Shown here in pieces: positions 55,515 through 63,870 of a stretch of DNA of 64,000 nucleotides (position 1 is the stretch's first letter; the number at the start of each line of letters is the position of its first letter). The notes beneath the pieces were generated by a model that ran no database searches, was not told the origin of the DNA, and saw only the letters and a program-made list of their open reading frames with translations. Location: the IMG/VR virus record IMGVR_UViG_3300031840_000582, positions 2,858-66,857 of that record; one strand, 5' to 3'. The DNA is from a virus. The position numbers and the translations under genes were made by a program.

Positions 55515-58391
55515 ATGGCTAATGGCGACGAAAAGCCACCAGAAGAACAGAATTTCTTTGAGAACCTTCGCGATTCCGCTGCGAAAGTTATTGAAGTTGC
55601 AGGCGATGCCGCTGGCGCTGTCGCAGAGTCTGCCGGTGATATCTATGATGCGGCCTTGGCGGGTGGCGTCGCAGGCGCACTTCTGCAAGCAAGCATCGAG
55701 AAAGAAGAACTGTTTCAGAAAGCTGTAGAGGCTTTTGCCGAAGCAGGGGTGAAAAATCTAAGCAGTGAAGAAGAAGAAAAAACCCTACAGAATAGCATCA
55801 ACGCCAGAGGTAGCGATCAATGCTATCTTGCATATCATATGAAACCTCTGTCGGATTTACATGCTCAGACAATAATAGATTATAACGCTCTATCTGACTT
55901 TGCGGGCGATGAAGGTGACATTGTAAACCAAGCTGCTAATGATCTGCTAGCAACTGAGTTTTCTCGTTTCCCACAATTTAAATATAAAAACAGCCATCTT
56001 TTAGACACACCAAAGGGACAAATCGCTGAGGTGGTCCCCAAGTTATTCCTTAGGCCAGATACATTAGCTCTACTAGACGCAACAACCGCAGAGTTATCTA
56101 ATTTAGTGCCGATGGTAAAAATCTATAAAACAGTCTATGACGACGATAATACAACTTATGAAGTGCCTTTTAAGTTTTATAATCATACAGTTAACAAAGA
56201 CAATGCAAGAGAAGACTGGTATCAGTTTGATAGTTTCGAAAAAACACCAGCAGCAGGTGTTCAAGCCAGATCCGCAGTGGGAATCAAGTCTTTTGATTGG
56301 CAGTATATTTCAGGCAACCCAGACACAGTAAAGAAAGACATTACTGCTAAATTAGTATTATTTTTTCAAAGTATGGATGAGTTGATACGATTAAGAAATT
56401 ACAGCGTGAGGGATAGCAATGGGCAACAAAAGGATGTTCAATATTCGTATCTAGATCTCGTAGTGAATCCTGCTCGCCGTCAACCATCTTCAACGCCAGA
56501 ATCAATTAATCAGGACACAAGCCAATCCGAAGGTCGAGGCAAACCCGAAGGTGCGTTTAATCAATTTGATCCCTCGGAGTATGAAATTAAGGCATCAGTC
56601 GGCTGGGCATCTGGTAAGAACAATGTCAAAGAAATAAGTGAAGAGCTTAAAAATGCGATTGATAATACCAAGACAAATTTGTTTTTATCCTTGACAGACC
56701 ATGAATTTTCTTTCAATCAAGATGGCAGCTTTGAGTTGCAAATTTCATATCGTTCGCGCCTAGAGGGTATCTTAGAGAGCCCTAAATCAAACATTTTGTT
56801 TTGCGACAAAAAGCTAATGAACGAATCGGCAGCATTCAAGCTTTTAATTCAATATGAAGAAGAGATTGAAAAGCTAGGCGGCCAGAAATGTGCAGACAAT
56901 AAGAAACAATTAGAGGACACAAAGAGAAAGCTGGTCAATATACAAGATAGTTTGAGGCTCGAAACATATAAGTTTATAATTTTAAACATGTTGCGCCCAG
57001 AGAGATGGCTAGGATACCAGCCTGTTAGAGATTCTGCACCAGAGTCTGACATGCCGCAAAGGCTAATTTACTCAATGCTTGTTGACCCCATCGGTTTCGG
57101 TGAGTTTTCAGATGTTGGAGTCATGCCAGAAAACTTAAAGATACTTGATTATGAATCGGTGACAACGCGAGAGATGGTATTTAAAAAACCTGATTGGGTT
57201 CACCCGTCCAGTGAGGCTAATATCAGTGGCGATAAGTTGATATACCGACCAGCAAACCCAGACGAGATGATTATCAATTTCTTTTATTTGGGCGATCTGG
57301 TTGAAATGCTAATGACGACCGTGTTTGACACGGAAAAGTACGATTCGATACCAGACAGTATCAGGAAAAAGTATTCATTTAATAGAGCTGAGATAGAAAA
57401 ACTAAGGCTCTTAATGGGTCCAATGCAGTTTACAGATCCGCGTACTGGAAACATCGAGACGATAAACATTGCTGATATTCCAGTCGGTCTAAGAGCATTC
57501 ACGGACTTTTTTCATCGCAAGGTGATCAAACAGCAGCTTACAGTTTACAACTTTAAATCATTCTTAAAAGATCTGATGCACGATCTAGTAATTACTGCCT
57601 TGGGCAAAGAGTGTTTTGAGGATATCCAACAAACAAACGGACGACTAAGAAGCACATACTTAACAGCCCCAGCCCTTAGCGACGGTAGTGATCCTGTCGT
57701 AGCGAAAGGAGATAAATTTGCTGTCACCACTAGAGTGGATATGGATACGATTAATAACAGTAATCCTTTGTTTAATTATGGATCCGCAGACAAACAATTG
57801 TCAGACAAACAATTGTCAGAACACTATCATTATGTTGTACTGCACATGCAGTCAAAAGCTGGACTAGTCTATCCGGGCATTCCGGGTGGCCCACAACTAG
57901 AAAAGCGGGAGGGTGTGGAACAAACACCTAAGGAACAAGATTTAGACCGTGGTATAAAACATTTGATTATCGGTCGAGATCGTGGTTTGTTGTTAAACGT
58001 TAATTTTTCAAAGACAAATGAGCCATTCTTAAGACAAGCACGTTTGGAAAATTCTGGAAGATTCAATCCTATTCTGCAATTATCTGATGTGTATGAAGTC
58101 GATGTTGAAATGATGGGTAATACCTTTTTCTATCCCGGCACACAATTCTATCTAAATCCGTTCGGGCTTGGCTATACTGAATCGTTTGGCGTTCCACATA
58201 ACAGAGGATCTCTTTCTAATATCATGGGCCTTGGTGGGTATCACACAATTATTAATGTATCTAGTTATATTGAATCCGGTGTCTACAAGACATCCTTCAA
58301 AGCAAGGTTTGAAACTAACGGAGACGGGTTCAGTGACAATGACAGTGTTAAAGCAGATTCGGGTGGTGATTGCCCAGAAGACTCTAGTTAG
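55515..58391 (+). CDS. Baseplate hub protein (gp27/gpD-like)
   Basis: C-terminal VEMMGNTFFYPGTQFYL...LGGYHTIINVS...GVYKTSF, and gene order after the gp53-like gene. Confidence 0.6.
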   Translation: MANGDEKPPEEQNFFENLRDSAAKVIEVAGDAAGAVAESAGDIYDAALAGGVAGALLQASIEKEELFQKAVEAFAEAGVKNLSSEEEEKTLQNSINARGSDQCYLAYHMKPLSDLHAQTIIDYNALSDFAGDEGDIVNQAANDLLATEFSRFPQFKYKNSHLLDTPKGQIAEVVPKLFLRPDTLALLDATTAELSNLVPMVKIYKTVYDDDNTTYEVPFKFYNHTVNKDNAREDWYQFDSFEKTPAAGVQARSAVGIKSFDWQYISGNPDTVKKDITAKLVLFFQSMDELIRLRNYSVRDSNGQQKDVQYSYLDLVVNPARRQPSSTPESINQDTSQSEGRGKPEGAFNQFDPSEYEIKASVGWASGKNNVKEISEELKNAIDNTKTNLFLSLTDHEFSFNQDGSFELQISYRSRLEGILESPKSNILFCDKKLMNESAAFKLLIQYEEEIEKLGGQKCADNKKQLEDTKRKLVNIQDSLRLETYKFIILNMLRPERWLGYQPVRDSAPESDMPQRLIYSMLVDPIGFGEFSDVGVMPENLKILDYESVTTREMVFKKPDWVHPSSEANISGDKLIYRPANPDEMIINFFYLGDLVEMLMTTVFDTEKYDSIPDSIRKKYSFNRAEIEKLRLLMGPMQFTDPRTGNIETINIADIPVGLRAFTDFFHRKVIKQQLTVYNFKSFLKDLMHDLVITALGKECFEDIQQTNGRLRSTYLTAPALSDGSDPVVAKGDKFAVTTRVDMDTINNSNPLFNYGSADKQLSDKQLSEHYHYVVLHMQSKAGLVYPGIPGGPQLEKREGVEQTPKEQDLDRGIKHLIIGRDRGLLLNVNFSKTNEPFLRQARLENSGRFNPILQLSDVYEVDVEMMGNTFFYPGTQFYLNPFGLGYTESFGVPHNRGSLSNIMGLGGYHTIINVSSYIESGVYKTSFKARFETNGDGFSDNDSVKADSGGDCPEDSS
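57787..57820 (+). repeat. Perfect 15-bp tandem duplication
   Basis: CAGACAAACAATTGT x2 plus CAGA, encoding DKQLSDKQLS. Confidence 0.9.
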
Positions 58392-58405
58392 TAGGGGAGA
58401 CGACT

Positions 58406-59698
58406 ATGCCAGATAAAATAAAAGCAAAAAATACAATGTCGTCCCGTGAGTTGTACACTAACAGGACCGAATACAAATCTAGAGCCTTTTCACCCGAGCA
58501 GTATGAAGCCACTAGGGAAGGTTTCTTGCCCGCTGGGACTGTTGATTTTTGGTGGGCTGAGAGGGCATTTGTTGGCAGAATCAACACTAGTGATATCTCA
58601 GAACCAATCGAGCCATATGTTCCGTATATGAAGCCGTTGAGGACAAAGCAGAACTCTGTGTTGGTTTTAAATTTTGTTGCCGACGCATTTAAAGAGTTCC
58701 AAGCAGAGTATTTGTTGCAAATTAGATTCGGCAATTTGCAAGAAGACGACCCGTTTCTATCAGAAATCGAAGCAGTAAAAGGTTATATGTCGATTCGAGA
58801 TGCGTATAGAGAGTTACAAAAATCATTCTACAACTCTTTTGTTCGTTACTTGGCAGACAATAACATGACTGACGACATACTTGATATGAATGATTTTCTG
58901 AGGGAGATGTCTTACTATTTGCTGAATGTATACAAAGCGCCTTTCACTAGAAGTGCATTTATGTTAAGTCGTCATCTTGGCCCAATGGCAAGCGGTTTGT
59001 GCATCGATGTTCAGCCTCTGAGCTATAGCGAAGATGAGCCAAAAATTGAGTTTATTAACAGTCCAAATTTTCAACAATTTCGTAGAACTGCCAATCAATA
59101 TGGATTTATGGTGGACAAGAACGTCCCTTGGAGACTGGTTGCAAATATGAACTCGCCACAAATGATCGAGTATGCGAAACAATATCAAGATGTAGAAAGC
59201 GTTGATGATATCGTAAATAAATTTTTTGTTCAAACATCGACAAAAGAGATAGAAAATTTAAAGCTTTACCTTGTGAGCCTATACAACCAATTTGTGTCCG
59301 ATAACCCAATCGTCCAAAAAGAGACATTTCATCCAAACGTTACTAGTAGGGTATCATATGGACGTTCGCCAATTACTTTGCAAAAGCTTAACGAATGCTA
59401 TAGCGATTGCAGATGGTTGGAACTATTTATTAAGGTTCGAAACAAGGAAACCGGACTTAATTATTCGACCCCTGCGGAGACGGCCATTATAAGGGTGGCG
59501 AAAGATATACAAAAAACACTTGACACACGAGAAGCGATGCGTTATACTAGAGTAAAGTTCTCGGGGGTTGAGTTTTATAACGGTTCTCTATATCACGCGA
59601 GTGAGAAGATGCGGCAGGCAATGTCAGGCAAAGATAAGCTGACACCTGAAGAAGTTATAAAAAGAAAAGCCAAGAGTATCAAGAAAGTTTTTTACTAA
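58406..59698 (+). CDS. Hypothetical protein
   Basis: 430-aa ORF with SD GGGGAG. TCTAGTTA at 58383. Confidence 0.55.
   Translation: MPDKIKAKNTMSSRELYTNRTEYKSRAFSPEQYEATREGFLPAGTVDFWWAERAFVGRINTSDISEPIEPYVPYMKPLRTKQNSVLVLNFVADAFKEFQAEYLLQIRFGNLQEDDPFLSEIEAVKGYMSIRDAYRELQKSFYNSFVRYLADNNMTDDILDMNDFLREMSYYLLNVYKAPFTRSAFMLSRHLGPMASGLCIDVQPLSYSEDEPKIEFINSPNFQQFRRTANQYGFMVDKNVPWRLVANMNSPQMIEYAKQYQDVESVDDIVNKFFVQTSTKEIENLKLYLVSLYNQFVSDNPIVQKETFHPNVTSRVSYGRSPITLQKLNECYSDCRWLELFIKVRNKETGLNYSTPAETAIIRVAKDIQKTLDTREAMRYTRVKFSGVEFYNGSLYHASEKMRQAMSGKDKLTPEEVIKRKAKSIKKVFY
59520..59548 (+). promoter_or_regulatory. Sigma70 promoter inside the CDS, upstream of the polymerase
   Basis: TTGACA-17-TATACT. Confidence 0.7.
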
Positions 59699-59711
59699 AA
59701 CGGGGTTTAAA

Positions 59712-60899
59712 TTGTATTTTCAAACGCTCGACGATAAGGGCGAATGTGTAGGAGTATATAGTGATGGAAAGCTCTACTTTGGAGACCTACCGAAAGGTCT
59801 CACTAAAACGTGGAAGTATGCTGAGTATTTGGAAGAAAGCGATGTTGAGTACGCTCATCTTTACTGCGGAGGTAGGAGCCTTAATGACGTTTGTCCAGCT
59901 CACCTAATTGACGACTGGACAATTGTCGAGGATAAGTTGAAGGCGTTTTATCGTTCATTTGTGCTGTCAAAGGTAGATTTGAACGATAATTGTTTCTTTG
60001 ATCTTGTTCCAAGGCAATTCCTCATGCAATACTGCGATATTCGCAATAAAATCACCGAATATGTGTTCGAAACTTACGAAAAGCCAGAAAACTATGACCA
60101 TATGGTCGAGTTGACGAAGGTAATGTCTAAAATTAGGCGACAAAAGCTAAGTGTGGACGTGTCTAGCTTGTCACACAAGGCCCATGTGCCCAAGTATCGA
60201 CAAGCAATGAAGAAGTTTGCACAGATTGACCCATTTTGTCGCTATAATATCGACGGAACCAAGACTGGACGCCTTACAACACAGAAGGCATCCTTCCCTA
60301 TCATGACAATGGATAAGGACTTTCGCTCTATCGTGCGACCGACTAATGGGTGGTTTGTCGAGCTTGATTTCAACGCAGCCGAACTGCGGACGTTAATGGC
60401 TCTAGGAGGCGCTGAGACACCCCTAGAAGACATCCATGACTGGAACATGCATAACCTGTTCCCTAAAGGTACAACCCGCGACGAGGCTAAGCAGAGGTTC
60501 TTCTCGTGGCTCTACGATGATAACAAAACTAACCCATATCTATCCAAGTATTATGATCGAGATAAGGTTCGACAATTATATTGGAAAAACGGTTCTGTTA
60601 AGACCATGTTTGGCCGAGAGATTGAAGCTGATCGTAAGCACGCACTAAATTATATTATCCAAAGCACCACAGCAGACCTTGTTCTTCGACAGGTAATTAA
60701 AGTTCACAAAATGTTGCAGGGCATGCAGACTCACATTGCTTTTACAATCCACGATAATATTGTGCTTGACATGCCATACGAAGAGCGTTATAATATACCC
60801 ATGCTGGTTGAAGAGTTTTCCAACACTGCGTTGGGCAAGTTTTTGGTCAACGTGAAGGCTGGCAAAGACTTTGGAAGCTTGAGGACATTAAATCTATGA
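59712..60899 (+). CDS. Short family-A DNA polymerase (polymerase domain only)
   Basis: GTKTGRL, motif A LDFNAAELR, motif B RDEAKQRFFSWLY, NYIIQSTTAD, motif C IHD. No recognisable exonuclease domain. Confidence 0.85.
   Translation: MYFQTLDDKGECVGVYSDGKLYFGDLPKGLTKTWKYAEYLEESDVEYAHLYCGGRSLNDVCPAHLIDDWTIVEDKLKAFYRSFVLSKVDLNDNCFFDLVPRQFLMQYCDIRNKITEYVFETYEKPENYDHMVELTKVMSKIRRQKLSVDVSSLSHKAHVPKYRQAMKKFAQIDPFCRYNIDGTKTGRLTTQKASFPIMTMDKDFRSIVRPTNGWFVELDFNAAELRTLMALGGAETPLEDIHDWNMHNLFPKGTTRDEAKQRFFSWLYDDNKTNPYLSKYYDRDKVRQLYWKNGSVKTMFGREIEADRKHALNYIIQSTTADLVLRQVIKVHKMLQGMQTHIAFTIHDNIVLDMPYEERYNIPMLVEEFSNTALGKFLVNVKAGKDFGSLRTLNL
60766..60794 (+). promoter_or_regulatory. Consensus sigma70 promoter inside the polymerase gene
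   Basis: TTGACA-17-TATAAT, about 100 nt before the tubulin-like gene. Confidence 0.75.
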
Positions 60900-61726
60900 A
60901 CGTTATTGGACTAGGAAAGGCGGGTTGCGCCATTGCGGATGACTTTGCGCGATACCCGCAGTACACAATTTTTAAAATTGATGTTGACATGGTTGGCAAG
61001 AACTGTTATAATGTACAAGCACAACCGGGACCAGAAGAGTACGAGGCCAGTGCCCCGTCGTTTGAAGAGTTTTTCAAGGGAGTTAGTGGAGACACGATTC
61101 TTGTTATTGGTGGCTCTGGGGATATCTCTGGTCTGTCACTACGAATTATGGAGCAAATCCACCAAACATGTAAAATTACTATTTTGTACATTCGCCCCGA
61201 CGTGGAGTTGTTGAGCGAAGTAAAAAAGATGCACGAGCGTGTAACATACAATGTGCTCCAAGAGTACGCTCGTTCGGGACAAATCAAGGGCATCTGTTTG
61301 GTTAGCAACACTCAGTTAGAAAATATCCTTGACAATGTTCCAATTATGGGTTATCATAAGAAACTAAATGATTTTATCGTGTCCACTATGCACATGATAA
61401 ATGTTTACAAAAATTCAGACCCTGTTATGGGATCGTTGAGTGAGCCGGGTGAGACAAAGCGAATTTATACAATTGGTATCTACGATATCGAAAATAATCA
61501 GGAAAATTTGTTTTTTCCACTTGACAACGTGAGAGAAAAGGGTTATATTTATAGCATCAGTAAGGAGAGGCTTCAAACGGAAAGTGGTCTGCACAAACAG
61601 ATCACTTCTCAAATGAAAGAGAAATTATCAGACGAAAACATGAGTATCTCTTTCGGAGTTTTTGCTACTGACTATAACAGGGATTATGGGTACTTAACTG
61701 CCCACAGTCCTTTGATTCAAAGCTAG
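60896..61726 (+). CDS. Tubulin/FtsZ-family protein (PhuZ/TubZ-like, divergent)
   Basis: VIGLGKAGCAIA (T1 loop), degenerate signature GGSGDISG, LYIRP, LVSN. Confidence 0.7.
   Translation: MNVIGLGKAGCAIADDFARYPQYTIFKIDVDMVGKNCYNVQAQPGPEEYEASAPSFEEFFKGVSGDTILVIGGSGDISGLSLRIMEQIHQTCKITILYIRPDVELLSEVKKMHERVTYNVLQEYARSGQIKGICLVSNTQLENILDNVPIMGYHKKLNDFIVSTMHMINVYKNSDPVMGSLSEPGETKRIYTIGIYDIENNQENLFFPLDNVREKGYIYSISKERLQTESGLHKQITSQMKEKLSDENMSISFGVFATDYNRDYGYLTAHSPLIQS
61329..61549 (+). promoter_or_regulatory. Two sigma70 promoters inside the tubulin-like gene, upstream of SSB
   Basis: TTGACA (61329)-17-TATCAT and TTGACA (61521)-17-TATATT. Confidence 0.65.
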
Positions 61727-61775
61727 TAGGACAGGAAATTTGCTGTTCTAACTTTACTAATAGGAGAAAAAGAAA

Positions 61776-62528
61776 ATGGCTATTGATCTAAACAAGATGC
61801 GTGCAAAGCTTGATGCACTACAAAACCGAGGCGAGAAGAAGGATTCTTCTTTCTGGCGTCCACAAGAGGGTGAGCAAACAATTCGTATTGTTCCAACAGC
61901 GGATGGCGACCCCTTCAAGGAGTATTGGTTCCACTATAACTTGGGTAAGAACCCCGGTTTCCTTTCACCGAAGCGTAACTTCGGCGTTGAAGACCCACTG
62001 AACGACTTTGTTCGTCAGTTGTTCAAGGAAGGCACCGAGGACTCAATTAAGATGGCCAAGAATCTTATGGCCCGTCAGCGTTTCTTCGCCCCCGTGCTTG
62101 TTCGCGGAGAGGAAGAGAAGGGAGTCCGTATCTGGGGCTTCGGCAAGATGGCGTATCAGGAATTGTTGAACCTTGTTCTCAACCCCGAGTATGGAGACAT
62201 CACGGACGTTGAGGGTGGCACCGATCTTGTTCTCAAGTACGGTAAGCCACCGGGAGCGCAGTTCCCGCAGACTACCCTGACTCCACGACGCCGCACTTCA
62301 CCTCTGTGTGATGATGCCATCGGCGGACCAGAGAAGTGTGCCGAATTGCTTGCGAGTATTCCAGACTTTGACGGTCTGTTCCCACGCAAGTCTCCAGAGG
62401 AGATCCAGACCATGCTCGATGAGTGGCTGGCTGGTGAAGACTCCGCTGGTGATGATGTTGTCAAGTACGACAACAATAGCACAACAACTTCGGTTGATAG
62501 TGCTTTTAATGAACTAATGAACGCTTAA
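61776..62528 (+). CDS. Single-stranded DNA-binding protein (T4 gp32-like)
   Basis: FWRP...IRIVP...PFKEYWFHY...GVRIWGFGK...YGDITD...GTDL, acidic C-terminus. Confidence 0.8.
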   Translation: MAIDLNKMRAKLDALQNRGEKKDSSFWRPQEGEQTIRIVPTADGDPFKEYWFHYNLGKNPGFLSPKRNFGVEDPLNDFVRQLFKEGTEDSIKMAKNLMARQRFFAPVLVRGEEEKGVRIWGFGKMAYQELLNLVLNPEYGDITDVEGGTDLVLKYGKPPGAQFPQTTLTPRRRTSPLCDDAIGGPEKCAELLASIPDFDGLFPRKSPEEIQTMLDEWLAGEDSAGDDVVKYDNNSTTTSVDSAFNELMNA

Positions 62529-62537
62529 GGAGAAATA

Positions 62538-62801
62538 ATGTTCAATTTTGTAAATCGCGACCACCTCTTTGGTGCGGTGGCCGGTGCTTTCCTTATCCTT
62601 GGTGTCAGTATGATGACCGGCTGCTCCACAGACGAGCTTGTCGATACTGCTGAAACTACGGAAACTACGGAAACCACCACTGAAACCACAGAGGATACCA
62701 CTGAGACTGTGACAACCCCCGTCGAGACTGGCGATACGGGTTCTGACACTGGCACGGTTACCACAACCGAGACTGGTGACTCTGGCTCTACTGGTAGCTG
62801 A
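62538..62801 (+). CDS. Lipoprotein with a Thr/Glu/Asp/Gly low-complexity body
   Basis: Hydrophobic signal ending MTG-C (lipobox), then ETT/DTG repeats. Confidence 0.7.
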   Translation: MFNFVNRDHLFGAVAGAFLILGVSMMTGCSTDELVDTAETTETTETTTETTEDTTETVTTPVETGDTGSDTGTVTTTETGDSGSTGS

Positions 62802-62850
62802 TTCGTGACCCACGGGGAGGCACAGGGTTAACAGGTGCCTCTTAATTTAA
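62802..62850 (+). ncRNA. Repeated structured intergenic element, copy 1
   Basis: GACC...GGGAGGCAC-AGGGTTAACAG-GTGCCTC...AATTTAA. Confidence 0.45.
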
Positions 62851-62862
62851 AAGGATGTTATT

Positions 62863-63150
62863 ATGAGTGAAGAAAATAAGTCTAATTTGACAACTACAGT
62901 TGCAGTAGTATTGATTGCTATGTTTACAGTTGTCTGGGGTGGCTGGGTCACATCAATTGGTCCTAGTAGCACTAACAACACAGAGACCGTCGCAACTACT
63001 GCGACCCCAGCCGAGTTGGTTGAAGTCTCTGCGGAAATTAATAGTGACGGGATTGTTGAGGAGATTGTAGTAATCGCTGATCCAACAAACTTGCCCTCTG
63101 ATGAGGAGTTAGACATTACGGAAGTTACAACCGCAGAAATCGCGGAGTGA
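62863..63150 (+). CDS. Membrane-anchored acidic protein
   Basis: One N-terminal TM helix and a T/E-rich tail. Confidence 0.6.
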   Translation: MSEENKSNLTTTVAVVLIAMFTVVWGGWVTSIGPSSTNNTETVATTATPAELVEVSAEINSDGIVEEIVVIADPTNLPSDEELDITEVTTAEIAE

Positions 63151-63199
63151 TCCCCCGACCGCAGGGAGGCATGGGTTTAAAGATGCCTCAACAATTTAA
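63151..63199 (+). ncRNA. Repeated structured intergenic element, copy 2
   Basis: GACC...GGGAGGCAT-GGGTTTAAAG-ATGCCTC...AATTTAA, with a compensatory C-G to T-A change relative to copy 1. Confidence 0.45.
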
Positions 63200-63211
63200 T
63201 CGGAGGAAAAA

Positions 63212-63403
63212 ATGAATATTTTAGAGAAGAACAGCACCATTTCTAATTCTTTTCTTGTGGCAACGCTCTTTTCCATCGCAAGCTCCATTGTAATTTGGGG
63301 ATCTGGTGGCGAAGATGTTGAACAATCACAGCGACTTGCTCTTTTTGTTGGCCTTTGGGCACCAACATTCATGGGCTTTGCAAACTACTACAAGGAGGAA
63401 TAA
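63212..63403 (+). CDS. Small two-TM membrane protein
   Basis: Two hydrophobic helices, ALFVGLWAPTF motif, SD GGAGG. Confidence 0.6.
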   Translation: MNILEKNSTISNSFLVATLFSIASSIVIWGSGGEDVEQSQRLALFVGLWAPTFMGFANYYKEE

Positions 63404-63870
63404 TGAGTTTATATAAGAAGATTCGATCACTTGGGGTGGCAGATGACGCCATGGTCAACTTCAGTTACGAAGATGGCTGCGACGTTTTCCACTTTAACGA
63501 GACTCACATTGAGACTGCTATGAGCGAAACCAATTTTGCTTATACTCTTGCCGAGGCTATCACCGAAGGTGTCTTGTACCGTAATGGTAACGAGATTCTA
63601 GAGGAGATGCGGACTGAGGGCTTGCTAGATGATTACGAGCGAGGTGACGAGGCATTCACAGACTTTGTTGCAGAGGTTATTGAAGAGAACCACTGGAATT
63701 ATGGCTGGATTGACCACTCTACTGAGAAGTACGATCACAAGCGAGGATATACCAATCTTTCGGCAGAGTTTGACATTCCAGTTGAGCAGTTGCGCCGCGA
63801 GGTTCATCCTCTGTCTGGCTGGACAGTTTCAGTTCAAACGCCTAACGGCTATTTGACGGTGGAACGATAA
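63403..63870 (+). CDS. Acidic hypothetical protein
   Basis: ATG at 63403 overlaps the previous stop. SD AAGGAGG. Confidence 0.6.
   Translation: MSLYKKIRSLGVADDAMVNFSYEDGCDVFHFNETHIETAMSETNFAYTLAEAITEGVLYRNGNEILEEMRTEGLLDDYERGDEAFTDFVAEVIEENHWNYGWIDHSTEKYDHKRGYTNLSAEFDIPVEQLRREVHPLSGWTVSVQTPNGYLTVER

Noticed and set aside
60896-61726. Phage nucleus system
   Set aside because: Tubulin alone is not sufficient. No chimallin or multisubunit RNA polymerase is recognisable here, and sigma70 promoters imply use of host RNA polymerase.
631-63807. Numerous minus-strand and nested ORFs, e.g. 32582-33439, 39699-40502, 53302-53952
   Set aside because: They shadow well-supported + strand genes and show no recognisable motifs.
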